Numbered from the stretch's first letter, positions 47,060-57,673 are shown. The stretch: 64,000 bases of DNA from an uncultured Acidobacteriota bacterium (GCA_963813155.1 CAWEYG010000003.1:32001-96000), one strand, 5' to 3'. Numbers and translations are program-made. Notes: generated by a model from the letters alone, not told the origin.

Positions 47060-47286
47060 AGGAGCTGGTCGAGACCGTCGCCCGCGCGCTCGCGACTCAA
47101 CCCGAATCGGTCGCCGTTCTGGAAACCGAAGAGGGAGACACGACGACCGTCGATCTGACTCTCGCCTCCGAGGATCTGGGCCGGATCATCGGCCGGGAGG
47201 GCCGCACGGCCCGGGCCCTGCGCGCTCTCGCCTCCGCGGCCGGCCGGAAGCAGAACCGGCGTGTCGTTGTCCGAATCCGCAGCTGA
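47056..47286 (+). CDS. khpA: KH-domain RNA-binding protein KhpA/YlqC
   Basis: 'VKELVETVARAL', 'DLGRIIGREGRTARALR'; conserved rpsP-khpA-rimM order. Confidence 0.88.
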   Translation: MKELVETVARALATQPESVAVLETEEGDTTTVDLTLASEDLGRIIGREGRTARALRALASAAGRKQNRRVVVRIRS

Positions 47287-47791
47287 ACGAAAGCTGCGGG
47301 TCGGCGCGATCAAGCGCCCCCACGGCCTTCGGGGCGAGATCGCGGTGGAACCTCTCGGCGACTTTCCGGAGCGGCTCGAGCCCGGCTCCCGGTTGACCGC
47401 TCGAACGGGCGACCGGGAACGGGCGCTCACCGTCGCGAGCGCTCGCCGCCACGGCACGCACGTGCTCCTTCGATTCGAGGGCTTCGAGACCGTCGAAGCC
47501 GCGGACACGCTGAAGGGAGGCGATCTCTACGCCGATCGCGAGCTGCTGACCCCTCCTTCGCCGGATTTCATCTTCGACGACGAGGTCTCGCGGTTTCTTT
47601 GCGTTTCGGTCGCGGGGGAGCCGCTCGGGCAGGCCGTCGCGTTCGAGCGGTTCGGCGAGAACTGCTGCCTGCGCGTCGAAAGGGCCGGCAAGGCGGTGCT
47701 CGTTCCCTTCTCGCGCCCGATCGTGCGCGAAGTTTCGCGCGATCGCGGCATCATCGTGCTCGACCCTCCCGAGGGTCTTTTCGAGCTCTGA
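47261..47791 (+). CDS. rimM: Ribosome maturation factor RimM
   Basis: 'VGAIKRPHGLRGE', 'LVPF', 'DPPEGL'. Confidence 0.9.
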   Translation: MSLSESAAERKLRVGAIKRPHGLRGEIAVEPLGDFPERLEPGSRLTARTGDRERALTVASARRHGTHVLLRFEGFETVEAADTLKGGDLYADRELLTPPSPDFIFDDEVSRFLCVSVAGEPLGQAVAFERFGENCCLRVERAGKAVLVPFSRPIVREVSRDRGIIVLDPPEGLFEL

Positions 47792-47797
47792 ACCGAA

Positions 47798-48508
47798 TTG
47801 CGATTCGACGTCCTCACGATCTTTCCGCGGTTCTTCGACTCCCCGCTGTCGGAGAGCCTCCTCGGCAAGGCGAGGGAGAAGAAGATCGTGGAGGTCTTCG
47901 TCCACGACATTCGAGCCTTCTCCGCGGACCCTCATCGAAAGGTGGACGACGAGGCGTTCGGCGGAGGCCCCGGGATGGTGATGATGGCTCCCGTCGTCGC
48001 CGGCGCGATCGAGGCCGTGCGGGATCTGCCGGGAGTCGAGCGCGGAAAGACGATCCTGCTGACTCCGGCGGGACGGCCGCTGGACCACGCGCTGGCCCGG
48101 GAGATCTCTTCCTTCGGCCGCTCGATCCTCGTCTGCGGGCGCTACGAGGGAATCGATCATCGGGTCTCGGAGGCCGGCCTCTACGACCTGGAAGTTTCTC
48201 TCGGCGACTTCGTCCTCTCGGGGGGCGAAGTCGCGGCCCTCGCGGTCATCGAAGCCTCCGCCCGGCTGGCGCCCGGGTTCGTGAAGGAAATCGGGTCGGT
48301 CGAGAACGATTCGTTCTACGGCGGCCTGCTCGACTACCCCCATTACACGCGCCCGCGCGAATGGCGCGGGATCTCGGTTCCGGACGTTTTGCTCTCCGGG
48401 CACCACGAAGAGATCCGAAAATGGCGCCAGCGGCGCGCCGAGGAGATGACCCGCGAGCGCCGGCCCGACCTGCTGGCCGGTCACCGGACCCCGCCTTCGA
48501 AAGATTAG
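47798..48508 (+). CDS. trmD: tRNA (guanine37-N1)-methyltransferase
   Basis: 'VDDEAFGGGPGMV', 'CGRYEGID', 'SLGDFVLSGGE', 'YTRP', 'LLSGHH'. Confidence 0.96.
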   Translation: MRFDVLTIFPRFFDSPLSESLLGKAREKKIVEVFVHDIRAFSADPHRKVDDEAFGGGPGMVMMAPVVAGAIEAVRDLPGVERGKTILLTPAGRPLDHALAREISSFGRSILVCGRYEGIDHRVSEAGLYDLEVSLGDFVLSGGEVAALAVIEASARLAPGFVKEIGSVENDSFYGGLLDYPHYTRPREWRGISVPDVLLSGHHEEIRKWRQRRAEEMTRERRPDLLAGHRTPPSKD

Positions 48509-48521
48509 GAGGTCGCCCGGT

Positions 48522-48551
48522 TTGCCTCTCGGGGAGCGGTTCTCGTATAAT
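48522..48551 (+). promoter_or_regulatory. Sigma70 promoter upstream of rplS
   Basis: TTGCCT (48522-48527), 18-nt spacer, TATAAT (48546-48551). Confidence 0.6.
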
Positions 48552-48619
48552 CCTCCGCCGAAAGGGCTTTCCGGGAGCGATCTCTCTCGAAAGTCAGCGA
48601 CTTACGTTAGGAGCGCATC

Positions 48620-48970
48620 ATGACTGACATTCTGCGCGAGGCAGAGAAGCTTTCGCTTCGCGGCGATCGCCCGGCGTTCGGGCCGGGAGATACCGTCCGC
48701 GTTCACGTGAAGGTGAAAGAAGGGGAGAAGGAGCGGATCCAGGTCTTCGCGGGCATCGTGATCGCCCGCCGCGGGGGCGGATCGCGTGAGACCTTTACCG
48801 TTCGCAAGATTTCCGGTGGCGTCGGGGTGGAGCGAGTGTTCCCTCTCCACTCGCCGATCATCGAACGTGTGGACGTCGATCGCCGCGGCGAAGTCCGGCG
48901 GGCCAAGCTCTACTATTTGAGAGATTTGAAGGGCAAGGCTGCTCGAATTGAGGAAAAGCGCGCCGACTGA
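48620..48970 (+). CDS. rplS: 50S ribosomal protein L19
   Basis: '[19 protein letters not shown]', '[14 protein letters not shown]', '[10 protein letters not shown]'. Confidence 0.97.
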   Translation: MTDILREAEKLSLRGDRPAFGPGDTVRVHVKVKEGEKERIQVFAGIVIARRGGGSRETFTVRKISGGVGVERVFPLHSPIIERVDVDRRGEVRRAKLYYLRDLKGKAARIEEKRAD

Positions 48971-49649
48971 GCGCGCCCGCGCAGGCACAGCGGCCGACAC
49001 CTGGATGGCCGCACTGTTCGCCGAGCTCGGGCGGCTGACATTGCTCTCCGAGCCGGAGAAGATGCTCCGCGACCGCGGGTTCCGGCGGATCGCCGGAACG
49101 GACGAAGTGGGCCGCGGTTGCCTGGCGGGGCCGGTCGTCGCCGCCGCCGTGATTCTGCCGGAAGGATTCTGGTGGCCCGGCATCGACGACTCCAAGAAAC
49201 TCGATGCCGGCGAAAGATTCGAGATCGCCGACGAGTTGCGCCGCCGCGCGGTCGCCTACGCGATCTCGGTCGTGTCCGTCCGGGAGATCGAGGACACCGA
49301 CATTCGGCTTGCGTCCCTCTCCGCGATGCGCCGGTCGCTCGAAGCGCTCGACCCGGCGCCGGAAATCGTCCTTTCGGACGCCTTCGCCGTTCCGGGATTC
49401 GCGAAACCCCAGGTCCCGATCGTGCACGGCGACGCGTGCTCGATTTCGATTGCCGCCGCGTCGATTCTCGCGAAGGTCCATCGCGACCAGCTCATGGACG
49501 ATCTTGCGCTCCGCTACCCGGCTTACGCGTTCGAGAAGCACAAGGGTTACGCGGTTGCCGAGCACCGGGAAGCCCTGATGAGGGTCGGACCCTGTCCCGA
49601 GCACCGGATGACGTTCCGCGGAGTCCTGCCCGAAGCGGAGCTCTGCTGA
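48948..49649 (+). CDS. rnhB: Ribonuclease HII
   Basis: '[14 protein letters not shown]', 'DDSKKL', '[11 protein letters not shown]', 'HKGY'; start may be ATG 49005. Confidence 0.93.
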   Translation: MRKSAPTERARAGTAADTWMAALFAELGRLTLLSEPEKMLRDRGFRRIAGTDEVGRGCLAGPVVAAAVILPEGFWWPGIDDSKKLDAGERFEIADELRRRAVAYAISVVSVREIEDTDIRLASLSAMRRSLEALDPAPEIVLSDAFAVPGFAKPQVPIVHGDACSISIAAASILAKVHRDQLMDDLALRYPAYAFEKHKGYAVAEHREALMRVGPCPEHRMTFRGVLPEAELC

Positions 49650-52231
49650 TGGCGATCAAGAGGGACGCCGCCCTCGCGGCCGCCGAGAAGCTCATGGCCC
49701 GGGGAAAGTACGACGCCGCGCTCAAGGAATACGGGTATCTCCTCGCAGAGAACCCCCACGACATTCTCGTCCTCAACAAGATGGGCGACATTTGCGTGCT
49801 CCTGAACCGGCCGGCCGATTCGATCGGCTTTTTCGTGAAGATCGCCGACCGCTACACGAGAGACGGCTTCTTCCTCAAGGCGATCGCGATCTACAAGAAG
49901 ATCAACAAACTGGATCCCTCGAAGCTCGAGATCTACGGAGCGCTGGCCGATCTCTACCACAAGCAGGGTCTCGTGCCGGAAGCCCGCGCGCAGTATCAGG
50001 TTCTGGCCGACCACTACCTGAAACAGAACCAGACGGGAGAAGCGGTCGCCGTCTACCGCAAGATGGCCGCCGTGGACCCGAACGACATCAAGGTGCCGGT
50101 TCGCCTCGCCGATCTCCTCACGGCCGTCGGACAGACGGACCAGGCGTTGATGCAGTACGCCGTCGTCGGATCGATGCTCGTCAAACGCGGCGCGCTCGAC
50201 GAGGCGGTCGCCGTCTATCAGAAGGCGCTGAAGATCCGCCCCGGCGACAAGAAGACCCTTCGCGATCTCGTTCGGTCGATGCTCGAGCACAAGGACGCGG
50301 AAGCCGCCGTGCTCCTTCTCAAGGCGCAGCCGCGCGACGCGGAGACGATGTCTCTGCTGGCGGACTCGCTGGCGGCGACGGGCCGCCGCGAAGAGGCGCG
50401 CCAGGCGGCCGAGGGGGCGATCGCGTTCGATCCCGCCCACGAAGGAGCCCGGCATTTCCTCGCGCGCGCGGCCGTCGAACGAAGCGATCCCGCCGCGGCT
50501 TTCGAGGCGCTGCGGCCGATCATCGAGCACGCGGTTCGGATGGGCGAAGTCAAGAGGGCGGTCGGGGAGCTCTCGCCGATCGCCGCGCTCGCCCCGGGGT
50601 TCGCTCCCGTCCACGAGAAGCTCCTGGAGCTCTTTCGCCTCGGCGACGACCGGGCGGGCGCCGTCGAGTCGCTCCTCGCGCTCGCGCGGATCGCGGACGC
50701 GAAGAAGGACTCCGCTTCGTCCGCTGCGTACCGCCGCCAGATCCTCGAGCTCGATCCGGAGAACGCCGAGGCGCGCGCGTTCCCGCGGCCCGGCACGCCG
50801 GCCCAACCGCCGCCCGCCCCCGCCGCCGCGCCCGCTCCTCCTCCCTCGCCGCCGGCCGCCCGGCCTCCGGAGCCCGCGTCTCCCTGGGGGCCCGCCGCGA
50901 TCCCGCCGGTGGACGAATCGGCGGGCGATCTGATGATGCTCGACCTGGACGACTCGCTCCTCGCCGACGCGTCCCCGACGCCGCCTTCGCCGCTGGGCGA
51001 CTGGGGGCCGCGCTCGGTTCCCATGGCTTCCCCCGTTTCGCCGATCTCCCCGCCTCCGCTCGATTCCCCGTCGTTCGACGACACGGCGATGCGCCGGAAG
51101 GCCGCCGACGACGCGCAGTGGAGAGACTCGATTACCGAGGCCGAGGTGTTCGTGAAGTACGGCCTCCTGGAGAAGGCGCTCGAGAAATACCGCGCGATGC
51201 TGCGGCGCCGGAAAGACGATGTCGACGTCCGCCACCGTTATGTGGAATTGCTCGCGGAGTCGAAGTCCCCCGCGCTTCTCGAGGAAGCCGCGACGCTGGC
51301 CGGCGAATACCGGAGGCTCGACCGGCCGGAAGAAGCGGAGAGGATCCTCGAGCGCTTCCTCCCCACGGCGCCCGAATCCCCGGCGGCCCTTCCCTCCGCG
51401 CCGGAAGACGCTCTCGAATTCGACGACTTTTCGACCGGCCCGCAGCCGGTCGCGGCGCCGGATCCGCTCGCCCGGCCCGAAGCCGTCCCGCCGCCGCTCG
51501 TGGCGGAGCCCGCCGCGGGGCTCGGTTTTCCCGACAGCGTCCCGGCGACGCCTTCGGTTTCCCCCGTCGACCTCGAGTACGCCTTCGAGAAGGGACTGGG
51601 CCGAGCGCTCGACGACGAAATGTCGAAGTTTTCGACGACCCTTTCCGAACCTCCGCCGCCGGCTCCGCCGGTCGACGAGATGTCGCTCTTTTCGGACGAG
51701 CAGCGGTTCTTCAACCTCGCGGCCGAGCTGGAGAAGGAGCTCGAGGACGAGGACGAGGCGCCGAGCTCGCCGGTCGTCCAGGGATCGGGAGAAGAGGTGT
51801 CGCTGGAGGAGATCTTCCGCGAGTTCAAGCGCGGGGTCGAGCAGCAGCTGAGCCCGGAGGACTACGAGACGCACTACAACCTGGGAATTGCTTACAAAGA
51901 AATGGGGCTTCTCGACGAGGCGCTCGGAGAATTCCAGATCGCCGCAAAGGACCCCGCGCGGGCCGTGGAGTGCTGCAGCATGCTGGGCCTTTGCTTCGTG
52001 GAGAAGGGCCTTCCTCAACTCGCCATCCAGTGGTTCCAGAAGGGGCTCGAATCCCCGGCGATCACGCCCGAGGAGAAACGCGGCCTGAGCTACGACCTCG
52101 CCTCGCTCCACGAGCAGAACGGCGACGCCGAACGCGCGTACCGCATCTACCTGGAGATCTATGGAGAAAACACGAACTACCGCGACGTCGCCGATCGGGT
52201 GAAGAGCCTGGAAAACGCGCTCGGGCGCTGA
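49649..52231 (+). CDS. Large multi-TPR protein (SgmX-like architecture)
   Basis: N-terminal TPRs ('DGFFLKAIAIYKKI'), Pro-rich linker, central 'EAEVFVKYGL', C-terminal 'ETHYNLGIAYKEMGL' TPRs. Confidence 0.85.
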   Translation: MAIKRDAALAAAEKLMARGKYDAALKEYGYLLAENPHDILVLNKMGDICVLLNRPADSIGFFVKIADRYTRDGFFLKAIAIYKKINKLDPSKLEIYGALADLYHKQGLVPEARAQYQVLADHYLKQNQTGEAVAVYRKMAAVDPNDIKVPVRLADLLTAVGQTDQALMQYAVVGSMLVKRGALDEAVAVYQKALKIRPGDKKTLRDLVRSMLEHKDAEAAVLLLKAQPRDAETMSLLADSLAATGRREEARQAAEGAIAFDPAHEGARHFLARAAVERSDPAAAFEALRPIIEHAVRMGEVKRAVGELSPIAALAPGFAPVHEKLLELFRLGDDRAGAVESLLALARIADAKKDSASSAAYRRQILELDPENAEARAFPRPGTPAQPPPAPAAAPAPPPSPPAARPPEPASPWGPAAIPPVDESAGDLMMLDLDDSLLADASPTPPSPLGDWGPRSVPMASPVSPISPPPLDSPSFDDTAMRRKAADDAQWRDSITEAEVFVKYGLLEKALEKYRAMLRRRKDDVDVRHRYVELLAESKSPALLEEAATLAGEYRRLDRPEEAERILERFLPTAPESPAALPSAPEDALEFDDFSTGPQPVAAPDPLARPEAVPPPLVAEPAAGLGFPDSVPATPSVSPVDLEYAFEKGLGRALDDEMSKFSTTLSEPPPPAPPVDEMSLFSDEQRFFNLAAELEKELEDEDEAPSSPVVQGSGEEVSLEEIFREFKRGVEQQLSPEDYETHYNLGIAYKEMGLLDEALGEFQIAAKDPARAVECCSMLGLCFVEKGLPQLAIQWFQKGLESPAITPEEKRGLSYDLASLHEQNGDAERAYRIYLEIYGENTNYRDVADRVKSLENALGR

Positions 52232-52242
52232 CGGCTTCCGAC

Positions 52243-53211
52243 TTGGAACCGACTCTTTCCCTCGAGAAGCTGACGGTCGACCTCGGCGGCTCGCCCGGGA
52301 TCTGCCCGGTCCTGGAGGACGTCGATCTCGAATGCGGAAAGGGAGAGTCGGTCGCGCTCGTCGGGGAGAGCGGCGGCGGCAAGACGATGCTCGCGAGATC
52401 GATCGTGAGGCTCCTGCCGCCGGCGGCTCGCATTCGGGCGGGGGCGATCCGGCTTCGCGGCCTCGACCTGACCCGGCTCGATGAGACGGAAATGCGCTCG
52501 GTCCGGGGAGGCCGGATCGGCTTCGTTTTCCAGGATCCTTCCGCGGCGCTCGATCCGGTTCAATCTGTCGGCGGCGCTCTCCGCGAGGCCCTGCGGCTTC
52601 CGGCGCCGCTGTCGTCCCGGGAGGCCCGTCGCCGCTCGATCGAGCTCCTCGACGAGGTCGGGCTCGCCGGCGGGGAAAGAATGCTCTCGGAATACCCTCA
52701 TCGCCTGTCGGGCGGAATGCGGCAGCGGGTCATGATCGCGATCGCCCTCGCGAGCCGCCCCGAGCTGCTGCTCGCGGACGAGCCGACGGCCTCGCTCGAC
52801 CGCCCTCGGGAAAACGAAATCCTCGATCTCCTCGACCGATTGCGACGGGAACGAGGCCTCTCGATCCTTCTGATCACGCATGATCTTCGCGTCGCGTCCC
52901 GCGGGTGCGAGCGAATTGCGGTTCTGTACGCGGGCAGGATCGTGGAGGAGGGAGACGCGGCGGCCGTCCTTCGCTCCCCGAGCCATCCCTACACGGCGGC
53001 GCTCCTCGCCTGCGCGGGACGCCGTCTTTCCGGAAATCCGCCGAGGGTCCCGTCGATTCCGGGAACGGCGCCCGGCCTGCGCGCGCGCCCGCGTCATTCC
53101 TGCGCGTTCGCTCCGCGCTGTCCCGAGGTCTTCGACCGGTGCCGGAGCGAAAGCCCCGGCGTGACCGCCTCGGGGCCGGCCCGAGTGCGTTGCTTCCTGC
53201 GCCAGTCTTGA
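52243..53211 (+). CDS. Oligo/dipeptide ABC transporter ATP-binding protein (OppD/DppD-like)
   Basis: 'VGESGGGKT', 'FQDP', 'YPHRLSGGMRQRV', 'HPYT', C-terminal Cys motif. Confidence 0.9.
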   Translation: MEPTLSLEKLTVDLGGSPGICPVLEDVDLECGKGESVALVGESGGGKTMLARSIVRLLPPAARIRAGAIRLRGLDLTRLDETEMRSVRGGRIGFVFQDPSAALDPVQSVGGALREALRLPAPLSSREARRRSIELLDEVGLAGGERMLSEYPHRLSGGMRQRVMIAIALASRPELLLADEPTASLDRPRENEILDLLDRLRRERGLSILLITHDLRVASRGCERIAVLYAGRIVEEGDAAAVLRSPSHPYTAALLACAGRRLSGNPPRVPSIPGTAPGLRARPRHSCAFAPRCPEVFDRCRSESPGVTASGPARVRCFLRQS

Positions 53212-53966
53212 CCGAGCCGCGTCTTCTCGAAGTCGATCGGGTCTCGAAAAGCTACCGGGGGCCTTGCCTTGCCCTGGATGGAGTTTCGCTGCGCGTCGGT
53301 CGGGCGGAAACGTTCGGGCTGCTCGGAGAGTCGGGCTCGGGGAAAACGACTCTCGCGAGGATCCTTCTTCGGTTCGAGGAGGCGAGCGCCGGGACCGTGA
53401 CTCTCGCGGGCCTCGACTGGCTTTCGCTCTCCGGCGAGGAGCTCCGGCGGGCGCGCCGGAAGATCCAGATCGTCTTTCAGGATGCATCTTCGTCGCTGTC
53501 TCCCCGGTTGACCGCGGGAGCTTCGATCGCCGAACCTCTTCGGGGTTGCCTTGGCCTCGGGAAGCGGGATCTTCGCGACCGGGTGGGGGAGCTCCTTCTC
53601 CAGGTCGGGCTTTCTCCGGAGGACGCGAATCGTTATCCTCACGAATTTTCGGGCGGACAGCGCCAGCGAATCGCGATCGCCCGCGCGATCGCTCCGGGCC
53701 CGGAGCTGATCGTCTGCGACGAGCCGGTCTCCTCTCTCGACGTCTCGATTTCCGGCCAGATCCTGAATCTTTTTCGCGAGATCCAGGAGCAAACGGGCGT
53801 GGCATACCTGTTCATTTCGCACGATCCGGGCGCGGTGGCCGCCGTCGCGGATCGAATCGGGGTGATGCGAGGCGGACGGATCGTCGAGGAAGGCCCCGCT
53901 TCGGACCTTTTGGCGAAGCCGCAAACGGCCTATACTGCGTCGCTGCTCCGGGGAATGGGCTCGTGA
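53208..53966 (+). CDS. Oligo/dipeptide ABC transporter ATP-binding protein (OppF/DppF-like, short)
   Basis: 'LGESGSGKTT', 'YPHEFSGGQRQRI', 'CDEPVSSLDVS'. Confidence 0.9.
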   Translation: MTEPRLLEVDRVSKSYRGPCLALDGVSLRVGRAETFGLLGESGSGKTTLARILLRFEEASAGTVTLAGLDWLSLSGEELRRARRKIQIVFQDASSSLSPRLTAGASIAEPLRGCLGLGKRDLRDRVGELLLQVGLSPEDANRYPHEFSGGQRQRIAIARAIAPGPELIVCDEPVSSLDVSISGQILNLFREIQEQTGVAYLFISHDPGAVAAVADRIGVMRGGRIVEEGPASDLLAKPQTAYTASLLRGMGS

Positions 53967-54045
53967 AGTGACAGAAAACTCGAAACTTTCGATGGGAAAC
54001 TGCGTAAACGATATCGACGCGGATCAAGAGCGAGGAGAATTGCAG

Positions 54046-55752
54046 ATGAAGAGATTCAAGGGGTTCTGGAAGGCACTGTGCTTCACGGCGTTTGCGGCGC
54101 CCGTCCTGGCTCAGACCGCGCCTCCACCGCCGCCGCAGGTTTCGTCCCCGCCGGCTCCGGAAAAGCCGGAAGTCTCGGTCACGATTTCGGCCCGGGCGAG
54201 CCAGCGGCAGGAAAAGCCGCTTCCGCCGGCCGCGAACGACGGGGTCGCGCTTTCCCTCAAAGACGCGATCGAGCTGGCGCTCGCAAACAACGTCGACCTG
54301 CGGGTCTCCGTCGCGGGCGACGAGCAGGGGAGATTCGGCGTCCTTCAGGCGAAGGGCATCTACGACCCGCTCGTCGCGGCGTTCGTCCAGGCGCGCGATG
54401 AACAGAGCCCGAACTCGAACCAGCTCGCCGGCGCCGCCGTGACCGAATCGCGGATCGACGACGCGAATGTGTCCGTTTCTCAGCTCATTCCCTTCGGCGG
54501 GACGGTGTCGCTCGGCCTGAACAATGAGAAAGTCAATACGAACTCTTCCTTCTACTTCATCAACCCCAGCTATGCCGTGAGCGACTTCCTCAGCTTGAAG
54601 CAGCCCCTGCTTCGCAATTTCGGGATCACGCCCACGGAGCGCTTCATCCTCGTGGCGAAATTCACCCGCGGAATCGACGACCAGACGTTCCTCCAGAGCG
54701 TGCAGACGACGGTGACGGCGGTCGAGCAGGCGTACTGGAACCTCGTCTATGCGCGCGAGAACCTGAAGGTCAAAGTCGAATCGAGGGACCTCGCCGTCGA
54801 GCTGAATCGAATCACGAAAATCAAGATCGACGTCGGATCCCAGGCCCCGATCGACATCGTTCAGACGGAATCGGGCGTTGCGGCGCGGGAGCTCGACATC
54901 ATCACGGCCCGTGCCGCGGTGGGGGATGCCGAGGATCAGCTCAAACGGCTGCTCAACTTCGCGTCGGCCGGGCGCTGGAACGACCACGTGATCCCGACGG
55001 ACGAAGTGCGCGTCGAGGCGGTCAAGATCGACCTGGAGTCCGGCGTCTCGGCCGCGCTGGAGAACCGCCCGGAGGTCCGGACGGCGAAGTTCAACGCCGC
55101 CACCGCGAAGGTGACCTACGACTACTGGAGAAACCAGCTGTTGCCCCAGCTCGACCTGAACGCGAGCTACGGGTACGCGGGACTCGGCGGGCCGAACCAT
55201 CTCGTCGACCCGGTCACCGGAAACCCGACGGGCGTCGTCGTCCCTGGGGGCTATTCCGACGCGTTTTCCCAGGTCACCCACCGGGATTTTCACAACTGGA
55301 CCGTGGGCTTGAACTTTTCCTTCCCGATTCTGAATCGGGCGGCGCGGGGCGCCAAGGGCACCGCGCTCTGGGGGCTCCAGTCTTCGCTCGCGACCCTCGA
55401 TCAGCTGGAGCAGAACGTCACGGTCGGCGTGCGTTCCGCGGCGAGGGCCATCGACACGGCTCGCCAGTCCATCGAGGCCGCCGGCAAGGCCCGCGAGCTG
55501 GCCGAGCGCAATGTCGACGCCGAGAAGAAGAAATACGACAACGGGCTCGTGACGTCGTTCGAAGTGCTCTCCGTTCAAAACGATCTGGCCACCGCGCGGA
55601 GCGCGGAGCTCCAGGCCCTCACGCAGTACCGCAACGCGGTCGTCGCCTACCACCAGGCGATCGGCGATCTTCTCACCTGGAAGGACGTCAAGGTCGACGG
55701 CCTGTCGGCTGACCCGGTGCCGTCGGTCGAGGGATGGAAGGCGGCGAATTGA
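54046..55752 (+). CDS. TolC family outer-membrane protein
   Basis: Signal peptide; '[14 protein letters not shown]', 'QPLLRNFG', 'VEQAYWNL', 'NRPE', 'LLPQLDL'. Confidence 0.88.
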   Translation: MKRFKGFWKALCFTAFAAPVLAQTAPPPPPQVSSPPAPEKPEVSVTISARASQRQEKPLPPAANDGVALSLKDAIELALANNVDLRVSVAGDEQGRFGVLQAKGIYDPLVAAFVQARDEQSPNSNQLAGAAVTESRIDDANVSVSQLIPFGGTVSLGLNNEKVNTNSSFYFINPSYAVSDFLSLKQPLLRNFGITPTERFILVAKFTRGIDDQTFLQSVQTTVTAVEQAYWNLVYARENLKVKVESRDLAVELNRITKIKIDVGSQAPIDIVQTESGVAARELDIITARAAVGDAEDQLKRLLNFASAGRWNDHVIPTDEVRVEAVKIDLESGVSAALENRPEVRTAKFNAATAKVTYDYWRNQLLPQLDLNASYGYAGLGGPNHLVDPVTGNPTGVVVPGGYSDAFSQVTHRDFHNWTVGLNFSFPILNRAARGAKGTALWGLQSSLATLDQLEQNVTVGVRSAARAIDTARQSIEAAGKARELAERNVDAEKKKYDNGLVTSFEVLSVQNDLATARSAELQALTQYRNAVVAYHQAIGDLLTWKDVKVDGLSADPVPSVEGWKAAN

Positions 55753-55780
55753 ACGATCGGGTTCCCGGAGGAATTTCGCG

Positions 55781-56533
55781 ATGGCTTTGATCGAAATGAC
55801 GGGCATCACGAAGGTGTACCGAATGGGCGACGAGGACGTGCAGGCTCTGCGCGGAGTGTCGCTCTCGATCCAGAAGGGCGAGTACATCGCGATCATGGGG
55901 CCGTCGGGATCCGGCAAATCGACTCTCATGAACCTCATCGGATGCCTCGACACTCCGACCGACGGCTCCTACCAGCTCAACGCCCACGAAGTGGCGCGGA
56001 TGTCGGACGATGATCTCGCCGCCGTTCGAAACCGCGAGATCGGGTTCGTTTTTCAGACGTTCAACCTCCTGCCGAGGACGAGCGCCGTCGCCCAGGTCGA
56101 GCTCCCTCTCGTCTATTCGGGCGTCCCGAAGAAGGAGCGGTACGACAGGGCGGTCGAAGCGCTCAAGGCCGTCGGCCTCTCCGATCGGATGAGCCACCAC
56201 CCGAGCGAGCTCTCCGGCGGCCAGAGGCAGCGAGTCGCGGTCGCGCGCGCCCTCATCAACCGCCCGAGCCTCATTCTCGCCGACGAGCCGACCGGCAACC
56301 TGGATTCGAAGACGGGCGCCGACATCATGGCCCTGTTCGACACGTTGAACCGGCAGGGGAACACGATCGTGCTCGTCACCCACGAAGAGGACATTGCGGC
56401 CCACGCGAGGCGAGTGGTCCGGTTGCTGGACGGCAGGATCGTGGACGACCGCAAGGGAGCCGGGATCGTTCCCCCGATCCCTCACGGAGCGGCGGCGCCC
56501 GCTCCCGCGACCGCAGAGCCCGCGCCCCGCTAG
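55781..56533 (+). CDS. MacB/LolD-type ABC ATP-binding protein
   Basis: '[12 protein letters not shown]', '[11 protein letters not shown]', 'LSGGQRQRV', 'ADEPTGNLD'. Confidence 0.9.
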   Translation: MALIEMTGITKVYRMGDEDVQALRGVSLSIQKGEYIAIMGPSGSGKSTLMNLIGCLDTPTDGSYQLNAHEVARMSDDDLAAVRNREIGFVFQTFNLLPRTSAVAQVELPLVYSGVPKKERYDRAVEALKAVGLSDRMSHHPSELSGGQRQRVAVARALINRPSLILADEPTGNLDSKTGADIMALFDTLNRQGNTIVLVTHEEDIAAHARRVVRLLDGRIVDDRKGAGIVPPIPHGAAAPAPATAEPAPR

Positions 56534-56549
56534 TTTCCAATCCGTCCGC

Positions 56550-57572
56550 TTAGACGATCAGCATCGCGTCCCCGTAGGAATAGAAAAAATACTCTCTCTC
56601 CGCGGCCTCGCGGTACGCGGCGAGGATGTTTTCGCGCCCGGCGAACGCGCTGACGAGCATCAGGAGCGTCGAGCGCGGGAGATGGAAATTCGTGAGGAGC
56701 GCATCGACGGCCCGGAACTCGAAGCCGGGGAGGATGAAGAGATCTGTCCGGAAGTCTCTGAGGGGGTTCCGCGCCCAGGCCTCGAGGGCCCGCGTGACCG
56801 TCGTGCCGACCGCCACGACGCGCCCGCCGCGGGAACGCGCCTCCTCGACGCCTGCGACGGTCGATTCCGGGATGGAGACGGACTCTGCTTCCATCCGGTG
56901 GCCGTCCGTGTCTTGCTCCGTCACGGGCCGGAATGTTCCCGACCCGATCCGAAGCGAGAGGTCGGCGATCGCGACGCCTCTCTCTCGGACACCCTTCAGG
57001 ATCTCCTCCGTGAAATGGAGCCCGGCCGTGGGCGCCGCGACCGCTCCGTTCGACCTCGCGAAAACCGTCTGGTAGCGGTCCCGGTCGGCGGGCGAGTCGG
57101 GCCGCCGGATGTACGGCGGAATCGGCATGTGGCCGATCCTCTCGAGCCGTTCGTAGTCGACGGGGGGCGAGAAAGACACTCTTCGCCTCCCGTCCGCGAG
57201 GACCTCGTCGACGCTCGCGGAGACCGACTCGGGGAACGCGAGGGCGGCTCCCGGCTTCGCCCGCCGGCCCGGGCGGGCGAGGCACGTCCATCGCCCGTCG
57301 TCCTCGCGTTCGAGCAGCAGGAGCTCGACCGGCCGGCCGCCGGTGCCCGTGTCCCCGCGCGTTTCGCCGAGCAGACGCGCGGGAAACACGCGGGCGTCGT
57401 TGCGCACGAGCAGATCGCCGGGGCGCAGGTACTCCGGCAGGTCGCGGAATCGCCGGTGCTCGACCTCCCCGGTCTGGCGCGACAGGACGAGGAGGCGAGA
57501 CCCGCCCCGCGGTCCCGGAGACTGCGCGATTCGAGCCGCGGGAAGCTCGTAATCGAACAGGTCGACAAGCAC
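56550..57572 (-). CDS. queA: S-adenosylmethionine:tRNA ribosyltransferase-isomerase
   Basis: 'FDYELP', 'PIPPYI', 'YQTVFA', 'AAPTAGLHF', 'VGTTVTRALE', 'TNFHLPRS', 'SYGDAM'. Confidence 0.96.
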   Translation of the reverse strand: MLVDLFDYELPAARIAQSPGPRGGSRLLVLSRQTGEVEHRRFRDLPEYLRPGDLLVRNDARVFPARLLGETRGDTGTGGRPVELLLLEREDDGRWTCLARPGRRAKPGAALAFPESVSASVDEVLADGRRRVSFSPPVDYERLERIGHMPIPPYIRRPDSPADRDRYQTVFARSNGAVAAPTAGLHFTEEILKGVRERGVAIADLSLRIGSGTFRPVTEQDTDGHRMEAESVSIPESTVAGVEEARSRGGRVVAVGTTVTRALEAWARNPLRDFRTDLFILPGFEFRAVDALLTNFHLPRSTLLMLVSAFAGRENILAAYREAAEREYFFYSYGDAMLIV

Positions 57573-57610
57573 GCGGGGATCATAGTAGAGTCCGATTTTG
57601 ATGTCGCCGT

Positions 57611-57666
57611 TCCCGAGGAGAAGAGCCGATTCCCCGCGAGGGGAATTTTTTTTCGTTCGCTCGGGA
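57611..57666 (+). promoter_or_regulatory. Putative pyr operon attenuator leader
   Basis: Terminator hairpin ATTCCCC-GCGA-GGGGAAT followed by a T run (57629-57653); TCCCGAG (57611-57617) complementary to CTCGGGA (57660-57666) over the SD. Confidence 0.6.
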
Positions 57667-57673
57667 GGCCCTC

